Shown here: positions 29,732 through 39,099 of the stretch, one piece after another | Numbering within the stretch: the first letter of the stretch is position 1 | How the letters are laid out: each line of letters starts with the position of its first letter | From: a virus | Direction: 5' to 3' (one strand) | IMG/VR virus record: IMGVR_UViG_3300025141_007995 | Location: 2,730 to 66,729 of that record | Length of the DNA: 64,000 nucleotides | Position numbers and translations under genes: made by a program | Notes under the pieces: generated by a model | The model's database searches: none | What the model was told of the DNA's origin: nothing | The model's input: only the letters and a program-made list of their open reading frames with translations

Positions 29732-30007
29732 TATAATGTGAGTTTCGAAGTTTGGCTTAAAGATGAAGTAAAAGATATCTTGAAAGCTAATTATGTAGAT
29801 AAATCCTTATCTACGGATGATTTTCTAAGATTAGTATTAGAAGTTAAAGAGTACTTAAGTGAGTGTGATTCTCCTGAGGAAGTAGAGATAGAAGAAGTAG
29901 TAAATTTTATCTTTGAATGTTCATCTTATAAAGATAAGATGTGGATAATTTATCCTGAAGAGCATAAGTATGCTGGCCAAGAAAGAAGTTTAACTCCTAA
30001 TTATTAA
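29729..30007 (+). CDS. Hypothetical acidic protein
   Basis: First gene after the cassette. Confidence 0.7.
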   Translation: MYNVSFEVWLKDEVKDILKANYVDKSLSTDDFLRLVLEVKEYLSECDSPEEVEIEEVVNFIFECSSYKDKMWIIYPEEHKYAGQERSLTPNY

Positions 30008-30009
30008 TT

Positions 30010-30297
30010 ATGACTAAAAAAGAAAAGCAAAGATCGTTAACTAAAGAGTTTCTAACTTGGGTAAAAGATATTTATCCTAAAGCAGAATTTGATGATTCTG
30101 AAGGATATGGATATACTGATATCTCTATTGACGGAGACTTTAAAGGAGATAATGTAATATCTTTTAGAAGACATCAGAATCAAGTTGACGCATATAACTG
30201 GGCTGAAGATCATGTATTGGAAGCTGAGAAAGTTATGGATAAAAAGTTAGATGAATTAAAAAATAAATATCAATTATATTATGGTAGAAGTAATTAA
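30010..30297 (+). CDS. Hypothetical protein
   Basis: 95-aa ORF. Confidence 0.7.
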   Translation: MTKKEKQRSLTKEFLTWVKDIYPKAEFDDSEGYGYTDISIDGDFKGDNVISFRRHQNQVDAYNWAEDHVLEAEKVMDKKLDELKNKYQLYYGRSN

Positions 30298-30451
30298 ACA
30301 TACGTTAGGGTTCTGTGGAGAGCATTGGCATCCTAATATTTGGACTGCTCTTGCTGGATCTCCTGTAATAGCATCTACGGTATATTACGTTAAATGTAAA
30401 TGCGGTGGATGGTTTAATCATAAAAAAGGCTGTGATCATGTTGGAATTTAA
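30281..30451 (+). CDS. Small Cys/His-rich protein (56 aa, not in ORF track)
   Basis: MVEVIKHTLGFCGEHWHPNIW...KCKCGGWFNHKKGCDHVGI. Confidence 0.55.
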   Translation: MVEVIKHTLGFCGEHWHPNIWTALAGSPVIASTVYYVKCKCGGWFNHKKGCDHVGI

Positions 30452-30607
30452 ACAAAAATTAACTATATTATAATATGGAAACTTTTGAAGATTATATGAA
30501 TAAAAAAAATAGAGATGATCTACTTAATGAGATTATAGAATTAAAGATGAAACACCCCTTATCTGAAAAAGATAAATTAAAGTTACAAAAACTGCAACAA
30601 AAATTAA

Positions 30608-31075
30608 ATGAAGAAAGAATTTAAAGTTATGTTAGTAAGTGGAGGGTTTGATCCTGTCCACAAAGGTCATATAGAAATGATTGAAGCAGCAGCTAAACAA
30701 GCTGAAGAAGTATGGGTAATACTTAATAATGATACTTGGTTGAGAGAGAAAAAAGGTAAAGCTTTTATGAAAGAGTCTGAAAGAGAGTATATTATGTCAA
30801 GAGTAAAAGGAGTCACTAGAACATTTGTTTGTAGACCTAGATCAGCTTCTGATAGAACAGTATGTGATGGAATTTATTCTGCAATAAACGCTTACCGAAG
30901 AGATATAGAAGGAGAACTTTCTATGGCATTTGGTAATGGAGGAGATAGAGTACCTGGTAATATTCCGGAAGCAGATTACTGTAACTCGATGGATGTTGAA
31001 ATGGTATGGAACTTAGGTAAAAAAGTTCAATCATCTTCTTGGTTGTTGGAAAAATATCAAAATGCAGCATTATAA
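30608..31075 (+). CDS. HIGH-motif cytidylyltransferase-like protein
   Basis: SGGFDPVHKGH, LNNDTWL..KKG, FGNGGDR, KVQSSSW. Confidence 0.85.
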   Translation: MKKEFKVMLVSGGFDPVHKGHIEMIEAAAKQAEEVWVILNNDTWLREKKGKAFMKESEREYIMSRVKGVTRTFVCRPRSASDRTVCDGIYSAINAYRRDIEGELSMAFGNGGDRVPGNIPEADYCNSMDVEMVWNLGKKVQSSSWLLEKYQNAAL

Positions 31076-31727
31076 GGAGTATTGCGCTAAGAAAAATATA
31101 TTCGATTGTGAATTTAAAGTCTATTATAATCCAGATCACGATGGAGGAGGACCTTTATTTATAGATTATATATTTTCTAAAAAAGAATTTTTAAATAATA
31201 ATAAAAACGTTAAAAGTATATTAGAGTTATGCTCAGGACCAGGTTTTATAGGGTGGTATCTTTTTCACCAACTCGAAGCAGAAACAGTTTCTTTTTCCGA
31301 CTTAAACCAAGAGGTTTCAGAAGGAATAAAGTTAACTAATAAAAGATATAATTACGATTTTAAGTTTCATCATAGTGATGGCTTTAATAATTATAATGGA
31401 GGAAAGGTAGATTTAATAGTTTGTAATCCTCCTTTTTTTGATAAAGAAGAACAGTTAAAAACCTTTATTGACTGGTATCAGATAAAAAATGAAAAGTTAG
31501 CGAGGTATATAGCTTTAGATAAAAACTATGAACTACATACTAGAATAATAAAAGAGTATGATAAGTATTTAAATAAGGGAGGTAAATTTGTACTGGTTAA
31601 CGATGTAAGGTATAACACACCAGAAAAGTTAATATCATTAGCTAAACCTGGGGTTAAATATAAAGTAGATCAGTATTACATCAAAGAGAAAAACCCTAAT
31701 TATTATACATTAACTTTTTATAAGTGA
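31062..31727 (+). CDS. SAM-dependent N-methyltransferase (HemK/PrmC-like)
   Basis: LELCSGPGFIG, DLIVCNPPFF, LNKGGKF. Confidence 0.8.
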   Translation: MQHYKEYCAKKNIFDCEFKVYYNPDHDGGGPLFIDYIFSKKEFLNNNKNVKSILELCSGPGFIGWYLFHQLEAETVSFSDLNQEVSEGIKLTNKRYNYDFKFHHSDGFNNYNGGKVDLIVCNPPFFDKEEQLKTFIDWYQIKNEKLARYIALDKNYELHTRIIKEYDKYLNKGGKFVLVNDVRYNTPEKLISLAKPGVKYKVDQYYIKEKNPNYYTLTFYK

Positions 31728-31748
31728 TATTTATATTAAAGAATTTTT

Positions 31749-34058
31749 ATGCAAGGAACATTATTTTCTTCTGATTACGTAATAGATGCTAACGGTAATG
31801 AAAGATTAATTGAAATCAATACTGATACTGCGTTTACAGACGACTTTATAGAGAACTATTTAAACTTAACTGACTTTATTAATATACTTTCTACTAATAG
31901 TATAGTAGAGGTAGTAATTATATATAAAGACTTCCATTATAATTTTGCAAATAAATTAGAAGAAGTATTAAGCACTCAGTTACCTTCTATTACATATACT
32001 AGACATTTAGAAGACATAAATTCTATCTATCCAGGTTCAGTTACAGACGCAGCTAATAAATTTATATTAAGACTTGCTTATAATGAAAACGCATTATTTG
32101 ATTCAACTTATGCTAAAAATAAATTAAACTTATTTGAATTATTTGTAGACAATAATAATACAACTGAAATAGCTGAATTTTACCATTCAGGATCTGACGG
32201 AATCACTAATACAATTACAGCTTCAACTAATGCATCAAACATTCCAGATTATATATCTAAACCAGCAGAAGTTCTTCACTCATCTTATAACCTATATAAA
32301 GGAGTTTCCGGTTCTAACGATCAAGAGAAATTAGATAATGTAATAGAAGAAGTAGAAGATATTGAAAGAGTTGATAAAATGATACAAAAGTATCATTATA
32401 ATAGTGGCCAAGTTGAAAGTGATAGAATTACATCTATTAGATTATTTTCTATAGTTTATGGTACTGATATTAAATTAGTACATTTAGGTATAGCTAAATC
32501 TTCAGCAATATTGACTATACCAACTTCAATTGAATATGATTACAGAGGAAAAGGAAGATTAAAACTACAGCATTACTACGAATTTGCTACTAATTTTCCT
32601 AAGATGAATCGTAAGCAAGGAGGATTTAGACCTACTGTAAAAGTATTAAAAACTGATAATACAGGAGTTGAATTAAGCTCAGTAAAAGTAAATGATGTAT
32701 TAGCTTCATATTATGTTTCTGGATCACCAGATACTGATAGCGGATCAGCATTAGTTGAATGGAGTGTACCAGGTGATACTATTCCTTCTGGTTCTTTTAG
32801 AACTAGTTCAGTAGTTTTTCAAGCTATGTCATCTTCAGCAGGTGATGCTACTTTAGGTAGATTAGTTACTAACGATGGATTTGAACTTCCAGTTACACCA
32901 TCAACAGTATTTTTAGTACACAATGCTTCTACTAATACAGTTACATATGAAACTATGCATAATATTAACTCAGGAGATAGTTTATTTGATCTTGATGGTA
33001 ATAAGTTTTTAGTTTCACAATCATTATTAGACGTTTATTCAGATGAAGATAATATAGTTCATGAATTAAACATGGAATCAACCGATATGTACATCCTTAG
33101 TGCTTCAGGTATATTAGTTCACAATGCTCCTTGTTTTATAGCTGGGACTATGATAGAATGTGAAGATCTAATTAAACCTATAGAGGAAGTTAATGAAGGA
33201 GATAGAGTAGCTACTTACAATCATGAAACTAACGAAATAGAATTTAAAACAGTCGAAGAAATTAGTATGTATGATAATAAACCTATTATTAAAGTTACTA
33301 TAGGTGATATAGATATTACTAGCACACATGATCATCCATACTATGTAGAAGGTAAAGGATATGCTTCTTATAATCCTATTCAAACTTTTGAAGATGCTGG
33401 TTTAGAAGTAGCTAAGTTAGAAGTAGGAGATAAAGTAATGGATTATTATAAAAGTTTTGTAGAGGTAGTAAGTATAGAAGAGTTAGAAGAAACTGAGACT
33501 GTTTTTAATCTTAAACACGTAAAGGATAATAATAACTTTTATGCTAATAACTTCTTAGTTCATAATAGATCTGGTTGCTTTGTAGCAGGAAGTGAAGTAG
33601 CTTTAGCTAATGGTGATCATAAAAATATAGAAGATGTTGTCATTGGAGATTTAGTATTAAGTTGGAATGAAGAAACTCAACTAATTGAAGTAGATGAAGT
33701 ATACGATACCGTTACTCCTGTTAATACCAGACTTTACGATTTAACTTTTACTGACTCTAAAATTACCTGTACTCATGATCATCCAGTTTATGTCAGAAAT
33801 GGAGAGGAAGCTTCTTCTTTTGAACTAAAATCTATGTCACCAGAACAAAGTAACGAAAAATATAATTTACCTCATAAAGTTACTGAACTACTGATAGGAG
33901 ATAATGCTATTAATATTCATAATTCTGGAAGTAAATTAGAAAAAGCTGAGTATCATAATAGATTAGTAGGATGGGCAGATCCTGTAGCAACCTATACTTT
34001 AAGAGTTAAAAATAATAATAACTTCTTTGTTAATGGAATATTAGTACACAATAAATAA
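31749..34058 (+). CDS. Circularly permuted ATP-grasp-like domain fused to three tandem Hint (intein-like) domains
   Basis: N-terminal DYVID..RLIEINTD, then SKP and IQKY; Hint units end in VHN at ~33125, ~33566 and ~34052; units 2 and 3 begin CFIAGT / CFVAGS and carry THDHP. Confidence 0.8.
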   Translation: MQGTLFSSDYVIDANGNERLIEINTDTAFTDDFIENYLNLTDFINILSTNSIVEVVIIYKDFHYNFANKLEEVLSTQLPSITYTRHLEDINSIYPGSVTDAANKFILRLAYNENALFDSTYAKNKLNLFELFVDNNNTTEIAEFYHSGSDGITNTITASTNASNIPDYISKPAEVLHSSYNLYKGVSGSNDQEKLDNVIEEVEDIERVDKMIQKYHYNSGQVESDRITSIRLFSIVYGTDIKLVHLGIAKSSAILTIPTSIEYDYRGKGRLKLQHYYEFATNFPKMNRKQGGFRPTVKVLKTDNTGVELSSVKVNDVLASYYVSGSPDTDSGSALVEWSVPGDTIPSGSFRTSSVVFQAMSSSAGDATLGRLVTNDGFELPVTPSTVFLVHNASTNTVTYETMHNINSGDSLFDLDGNKFLVSQSLLDVYSDEDNIVHELNMESTDMYILSASGILVHNAPCFIAGTMIECEDLIKPIEEVNEGDRVATYNHETNEIEFKTVEEISMYDNKPIIKVTIGDIDITSTHDHPYYVEGKGYASYNPIQTFEDAGLEVAKLEVGDKVMDYYKSFVEVVSIEELEETETVFNLKHVKDNNNFYANNFLVHNRSGCFVAGSEVALANGDHKNIEDVVIGDLVLSWNEETQLIEVDEVYDTVTPVNTRLYDLTFTDSKITCTHDHPVYVRNGEEASSFELKSMSPEQSNEKYNLPHKVTELLIGDNAINIHNSGSKLEKAEYHNRLVGWADPVATYTLRVKNNNNFFVNGILVHNK

Positions 34059-34061
34059 ATT

Positions 34062-34202
34062 ATGGCATCATCAATATATAAAACAGTATCATTTAGTGAA
34101 GTTAGAGAAGGAAAACTCAATGCAGCTTCTTCTGCTCAAGAAACTAATACTAAAGCAATTATAGGAAGATTTATAACTTACTTTAAAGCAAAACACTTAT
34201 AA
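34062..34202 (+). CDS. Small protein coupled to the Hint polyprotein (46 aa, not in ORF track)
   Basis: MASSIYKTVSFSEVREGKLNAASSAQETNTKAIIGRFITYFKAKHL, 3 nt after the upstream stop. Confidence 0.7.
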   Translation: MASSIYKTVSFSEVREGKLNAASSAQETNTKAIIGRFITYFKAKHL

Positions 34203-34251
34203 AAAAAGTTGCTTTTTCGAGTTATTTTACTTATATTATTATTTAAATGTT

Positions 34252-34446
34252 ATGATTATGAACCAGTTATTTTTTATTAAATCACACAAAGTTAACCACA
34301 AAACAATAGATTCAGTAATGGAAGGTTGCCATATTGAATTCGATGGTTATCGATTCGAGCAACTTAAGAAACGTCCTTTCGGTAGATCTATAGATAAGAG
34401 ATTGAGGAGTATAAATGAAGAAACTCAATTAGTTATCTATAAATAA
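34252..34446 (+). CDS. Hypothetical protein
   Basis: 64-aa ORF after a promoter motif at ~34207. Confidence 0.6.
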   Translation: MIMNQLFFIKSHKVNHKTIDSVMEGCHIEFDGYRFEQLKKRPFGRSIDKRLRSINEETQLVIYK

Positions 34447-34803
34447 ATGGAGAAGTTAAATTGGTATTATATTTTTCTTGGGTTTCTTGTTACCATTATT
34501 GCTCAAGTTGGAGCTTGGTTTCAACATAACCTTCAGTTTAAAAATCCTAAGTATGATGAAACCTGGTGGGGAATGTATGCTATGGCTATACCTCTTACTT
34601 ATGTTTTTATTTTAGCTACTAAATATAATGTAATAGGGTATGGAGGATCTATATGGGGAGCTAGATTTGTAGGATTTGCTTTAGGAATGTTTATATATGC
34701 TATTCTTATTCAGATCTACTTTAAAGAACCTTTTACACTTAAAATAGTAGTACAGTTATTACTTTGTTTTAGTATATTAGGAGTTCAAGCTTTTATGAAA
34801 TAA
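34447..34803 (+). CDS. Four-TM small membrane protein (DMT/SMR-like)
   Basis: Four hydrophobic helices, YFKEPFT before the last TM. Confidence 0.6.
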   Translation: MEKLNWYYIFLGFLVTIIAQVGAWFQHNLQFKNPKYDETWWGMYAMAIPLTYVFILATKYNVIGYGGSIWGARFVGFALGMFIYAILIQIYFKEPFTLKIVVQLLLCFSILGVQAFMK

Positions 34804-34806
34804 ATA

Positions 34807-35316
34807 ATGGAAATTAAAATTATTTACGGATCAGATACAGGTAATACAGAAGACGTAACTAATATGTTAGTTAATCTTTTAGATAATACTGAAGTAGTTA
34901 CAGTTGAAGACTTAGAACCTAAGGATTGGAAATCTCATGAATATTATTTATTAGGAATACCTACTTGGTATGATGGTGAACTTCAAAGTGATTGGGAAGA
35001 GTACTTTGATGAATTTAAAACTATAGATTTTACAGGAAAGACTATAGCATTATTTGGTTTAGGAGATCAGTATACTTATGCTACTTGGTTTTGTGATGGA
35101 GTAGGAATATTAGCTAAAGTAATAATGGAAAATGGAGGTAAGGTTATAGGTTATACTGAAAAAGATAGTTCATATGATTTTGAAACTACTCCTAAGGTTT
35201 TAGTAGATGATAAAACTTTTTATGGGCTTTGTATAGATCAAGATAATCAAGAAGAACTTACAGAAGATAGAGTTAATAAATGGGTAGAAAAGGTAAAGAA
35301 AGAGTTGGAATCCTGA
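34807..35316 (+). CDS. fldA: Long-chain flavodoxin
   Basis: YGSDTGNTE, GIPTWYDGELQSDW, ALFGLGDQ, GLCIDQDNQ. Confidence 0.93.
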   Translation: MEIKIIYGSDTGNTEDVTNMLVNLLDNTEVVTVEDLEPKDWKSHEYYLLGIPTWYDGELQSDWEEYFDEFKTIDFTGKTIALFGLGDQYTYATWFCDGVGILAKVIMENGGKVIGYTEKDSSYDFETTPKVLVDDKTFYGLCIDQDNQEELTEDRVNKWVEKVKKELES

Positions 35317-35352
35317 TGAATTCTTCTTATATTTATAGATAAAGGAAGTAAT

Positions 35353-35595
35353 ATGGCAGAAACAAACAGATACGTAGTAAAAATAGAAGCTTACGTTTAT
35401 GGTAAAGATGATTATCATGTAAGAATGAAAGCTCATAAAATGCTTGATAAAATCAATGCAGATAATTTAAACGCAGATGCTGAAATAAAAGAGCTTGGCT
35501 CTCAACCTTTCGGTACTATGCAATATAGAGAATTAGAGGACTTTAGTCGTCCTTCTAAATTAGATGAACCGGACGATAGTCCATTACCGTTCTAA
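35353..35595 (+). CDS. Hypothetical protein with acidic DDSPLPF tail
   Basis: The C-terminus resembles the SSB-type DDxPF motif. Confidence 0.65.
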   Translation: MAETNRYVVKIEAYVYGKDDYHVRMKAHKMLDKINADNLNADAEIKELGSQPFGTMQYRELEDFSRPSKLDEPDDSPLPF

Positions 35596-35821
35596 TATGT
35601 TTGAAGTAATACGATTTATTAGCGCTTATTTGGGTATAGGCTGTATTTGGATAATATGGTTTGAGTGGTTTTGTAATAACAATAAGATAGGAGGAGCATT
35701 TAGTAATAACGAAAGATATATTCAGATGCTATTGTGGCCTCTTAATTTAGGAGTATTTCTATATACTTGGGTACTTGAAGTTATAAATAATTTTAATAAT
35801 GGCGGACCTAGGAGTTATTAA
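35564..35821 (+). CDS. Small two-TM membrane protein (likely start MFEVIR)
   Basis: Hydrophobic helices with an LLWP motif. Confidence 0.55.
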   Translation: MNRTIVHYRSNMFEVIRFISAYLGIGCIWIIWFEWFCNNNKIGGAFSNNERYIQMLLWPLNLGVFLYTWVLEVINNFNNGGPRSY

Positions 35822-36512
35822 ATCAATAATAAAAGAAACTAAAAACGTATGGAGATTCAAAATAGAGTCTCCTTTGTTCGATACATTAAATTACAAATCA
35901 GGACAACTTATTAATTTATTTTTAAGAAGTCCAAATGAACCTCCTCATATCAGAAGTTATTCAATATCATCATGGCCTGATAATACTAATGAATTAGAAA
36001 TAATAGTAACAGATCAACCAGGAGGTAAGATGAGTGAGTTACTATTTAGAGAAGCTAAGGTTGGGACTGAATTAGAGTACCAAGGACCTATGGGTGTATT
36101 TACCCTTCCGGAAGAGATAGATAGAGATTTATATTTCGTATGTACTGGATCAGGTATTAGCCCTTTCAGATCCATGGTTAATTATGTGACTAAGAACAAT
36201 ATAAAAACGAAGAATATACATCTTATATATGGATGTAGAACTAAAGCAGATCTACTTTATTACGATGAGTTAAAGCAATTAGAAAAAGAGAATCCTAATT
36301 TTCATTATCATTGTACTCTATCGAGAGAAGAAGTAGAAGGTTTTCATCATGGATATGTTCACCCTATCTATTTAGATTTAGTTAAAGATACTAAAGAAAA
36401 ACCTCTATTTTACCTATGTGGTTGGAAACAAATGATTACAGATACTAGAACTAATCTTAGTAGTCTCGATTACAAAATGGGTAAAGATATCAGGATAGAA
36501 ATATTCGGTTAG
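35799..36512 (+). CDS. Ferredoxin/flavodoxin-NADP reductase family oxidoreductase
   Basis: GQ..RSYSISS, GGKMS, GPMGVF, TGSGISPF, YGCR, YLCG. Confidence 0.9.
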   Translation: MADLGVIKSIIKETKNVWRFKIESPLFDTLNYKSGQLINLFLRSPNEPPHIRSYSISSWPDNTNELEIIVTDQPGGKMSELLFREAKVGTELEYQGPMGVFTLPEEIDRDLYFVCTGSGISPFRSMVNYVTKNNIKTKNIHLIYGCRTKADLLYYDELKQLEKENPNFHYHCTLSREEVEGFHHGYVHPIYLDLVKDTKEKPLFYLCGWKQMITDTRTNLSSLDYKMGKDIRIEIFG

Positions 36513-37117
36513 TGAAAGATAAAGATCTTAATATTACAGATACCAGAATAGAGTTTAAAGATGATCCAAACTCTATTGTCATGGATATAGTTTCTAAAGA
36601 GTTAATGGAATTTTATTCCTCTATCGTAACTCAAAATAAAGGAAAAGTATTAGATGTTGGCTTTGGATTAGGTTATAGTGCTGATGCAATATATAACAAA
36701 TTAGGATCTTACTACTGTATAGAAGTTAATAAACAAGTATACGATAAAGCTAGAGTCTGGGCTGAAGGTAAATCAAACGTGCATATATATTATGGTGACT
36801 GGATAGATGTTATTCCAGACTTCTTAGTAGATGTTTGTAAAATTAAATTTGATGGCATATTTTTAGATACATATAAAGATATTAATTATCATAAGTTTGA
36901 GGATTATGCTAAATTGATTGCTAATGATAATTGTGTGCTTTCTATATTTAGTTATTTTACTTTAAGGAACATATCTGAATTACATTCGCATTATTTTAAA
37001 ATAGATTCTAAATATAGAAGTAACTACCCTAAAGACATAGAAGGAGGTCATACATGTCACTGGACTTATTTCTTAGATGGTGAGTTTAAAAAGAAAGTAG
37101 CAGAAACACCGTTTTAA
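36512..37117 (+). CDS. SAM-dependent methyltransferase, GAMT/Rmt2-like
   Basis: VLDVGFGLGYSA, CIEVN, GDWIDV, FDGIFLDTY. Confidence 0.75.
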   Translation: MKDKDLNITDTRIEFKDDPNSIVMDIVSKELMEFYSSIVTQNKGKVLDVGFGLGYSADAIYNKLGSYYCIEVNKQVYDKARVWAEGKSNVHIYYGDWIDVIPDFLVDVCKIKFDGIFLDTYKDINYHKFEDYAKLIANDNCVLSIFSYFTLRNISELHSHYFKIDSKYRSNYPKDIEGGHTCHWTYFLDGEFKKKVAETPF

Positions 37118-37130
37118 TAGGGAAATATAT

Positions 37131-37203
37131 GTGAAAATAGTTGCTTTTCTGGAAAATTATTCGTATATTAAGGTATATTAATAATTAAAAAATAAAGGTT
37201 ATG
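37131..37203 (+). promoter_or_regulatory. Early promoter-leader cassette
   Basis: AGTTG..CGTATATTAAGGTATA..AAATAAAGGTTATG. Confidence 0.75.
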
Positions 37204-37701
37204 TATAAAAATTCAACATCATTAATTTCTGGTACTGATAGCAAGAAAGCTAAAAGTGAAACAAAAGACTGTGTAGTAAAAGCTATTGCTTCTTCTACTA
37301 ACGTAGACTATGATACTGCTCATAGTTGGGTAAAAGAAAACTTCGAAAGAAAAGATAAAAAAGGAACTAGTAACTGGATGATTTCTAAAAGATTTAAGAA
37401 TCAAGATATGGAAATCGGAGGTAAAAAGTTTAAAGTAAAGAAGTGTAAGTCTTGGGAGATAACAAATACTTATAAGTTATACGGAGAGTCAATTGATCGT
37501 CAAAAGACTGTTAAATCTTTTAGAAAAGATAAGCAGAAAGGTACGTATATGGTATTAGTTAGTAAGCATGCTTTTACTCTTAAAGATGGTACGTTAATTG
37601 ATAACTATGGAGAAGAGTGGAGACCTACTAGAAAGGTATTAGGAGCTTTTAATATATCTCCAGTCGTAGAAGAAGTTCAACTTTCCCTAGATTTTTCTTA
37701 G
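37201..37701 (+). CDS. Hypothetical protein with Cys/His/Asp motifs (possible papain-like fold)
   Basis: DCVVKAIA..KHAF..DG..ID. Confidence 0.6.
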   Translation: MYKNSTSLISGTDSKKAKSETKDCVVKAIASSTNVDYDTAHSWVKENFERKDKKGTSNWMISKRFKNQDMEIGGKKFKVKKCKSWEITNTYKLYGESIDRQKTVKSFRKDKQKGTYMVLVSKHAFTLKDGTLIDNYGEEWRPTRKVLGAFNISPVVEEVQLSLDFS

Positions 37702-37772
37702 GGAACAGTTGGAAGTCTGAGATATTTTTCGTATATTTAAGTATATATAAATCAATAATAATAAAGGTTATG
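37701..37772 (+). promoter_or_regulatory. Early promoter-leader cassette
   Basis: CAGTTG..CTGAGATAT..CGTATATTTAAGTATA..TAAAGGTTATG. Confidence 0.75.
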
Positions 37773-38672
37773 GCAAATAAATTAATTTTTGAAACTCTTA
37801 AAGCTAAAGAGGATAAATTACAAGCTAAATTAGATAAATTAAATAAAAAAGATAGAGTAGTTAGAGATGCTAAAACTAAGGCTCTAAATGATACTTTAAG
37901 ATCTTATTTTGAAGGTACTGAAGGTATTGAAACTAACTTAGTAGATCTTAGGTATGAACCTACTTATGGTTCTTCTATGGAGATTACTGCTCAAGGTACT
38001 TCATATGAAAAAGATATATGGAATGAAGATAAGCAAGATTATGAAACTAAGACTTTATTTAGAAGAAATGAGATCTGTACTGTTCACGTAAAAGAAGTTA
38101 ATAGATATGATAATGATGACATTGGAGATTTTTATACCGAACTAGGAATTAGTACTTACTCTTCTTCTGATAAATACTCAGACTTTACTTTAGAAAGAAT
38201 GTTATTTACTGGTCAAGTTGGTATGATTATTAAAGACTTTAAAGATGATATCTTAGCTGATATGAATAAAGTTTATGAAAAGCATATTAAATTAACTGAT
38301 AAAGCTTGGGAAAAAGTAGCTGAGGTTAAAAAGCAGATTAACGATATAGAAGATCAAAGATCTAAATATAAAGAAGACGTCTTTATCGAAGATCTTAAGA
38401 ATGGTATTAAGTTACTAGAAGGTAAGACAGCTCATATCCAGGAGAGATACGATTACGGTACTGGTGGTGTTATAGCTGCTAAGATTACTAGAATGTCTTA
38501 CTCAGGTAAATCTGCTGACTTAGAAGTTCAAGTAACTGGTAGAAGATGGAATCAAGAAACTGAAGCTTACGAAGATACTGTTTGGAGTAAGGATCTTGAC
38601 AAGGTAAGAGTTAGTAACCTTAAAAATGCTTTCTTAACTGGATATAATAATATCACATGGGAGAGAGTATAA
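37770..38672 (+). CDS. Hypothetical coiled-coil protein
   Basis: 300-aa ORF after the cassette. Confidence 0.75.
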   Translation: MANKLIFETLKAKEDKLQAKLDKLNKKDRVVRDAKTKALNDTLRSYFEGTEGIETNLVDLRYEPTYGSSMEITAQGTSYEKDIWNEDKQDYETKTLFRRNEICTVHVKEVNRYDNDDIGDFYTELGISTYSSSDKYSDFTLERMLFTGQVGMIIKDFKDDILADMNKVYEKHIKLTDKAWEKVAEVKKQINDIEDQRSKYKEDVFIEDLKNGIKLLEGKTAHIQERYDYGTGGVIAAKITRMSYSGKSADLEVQVTGRRWNQETEAYEDTVWSKDLDKVRVSNLKNAFLTGYNNITWERV

Positions 38673-38887
38673 TTAATACAATTATTGATAAGACTGATTT
38701 GGTTATCATGAGCTGTAAAAGTCAAAAGCAGCTCAAGGTAGCCGCTCAGTATGCAGATCTAGCTGAGAATGCAATACTTAATGAGTTTGGATCTGATATG
38801 ACTGCTGAAGAAGCTGTTATTTATAGTGAATTTAAAGGATTTAATGGGCAGAAGTTAGCTGCTAGAAAAATAATGCTAAAAAAATAA
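38657..38887 (+). CDS. Hypothetical protein
   Basis: 76-aa ORF. Confidence 0.65.
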   Translation: MGESIINTIIDKTDLVIMSCKSQKQLKVAAQYADLAENAILNEFGSDMTAEEAVIYSEFKGFNGQKLAARKIMLKK

Positions 38888-39088
38888 ATGTTAAGAATAA
38901 AAATAGGTAAAAAAGAAAATATTAATCAAGCGATAAAACGTTTAAAAAGAAAAGTTAGAAATACTGGTCTAATTAAACAGATTAGAGAGAATAGATATTT
39001 CGAAAAACCTTCTGCTGTTAAAAGAAAAAGAAAGCAGAAAGCAGTATACCAGAAGAACTGGGAAATGAAAAACGGAATAGATATATAA
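38888..39088 (+). CDS. rpsU: Phage-encoded ribosomal protein bS21
   Basis: ENINQAIKRLKRK..TG..R..YFEKPSAVKR signature. Confidence 0.92.
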   Translation: MLRIKIGKKENINQAIKRLKRKVRNTGLIKQIRENRYFEKPSAVKRKRKQKAVYQKNWEMKNGIDI

Positions 39089-39099
39089 AAAAAGAAGAT

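Noticed and set aside
32622-34052. Ordinary mobile inteins
   Set aside because: No LAGLIDADG/HNH domain, no C/S/T at +1, and not inserted in a conserved enzyme motif
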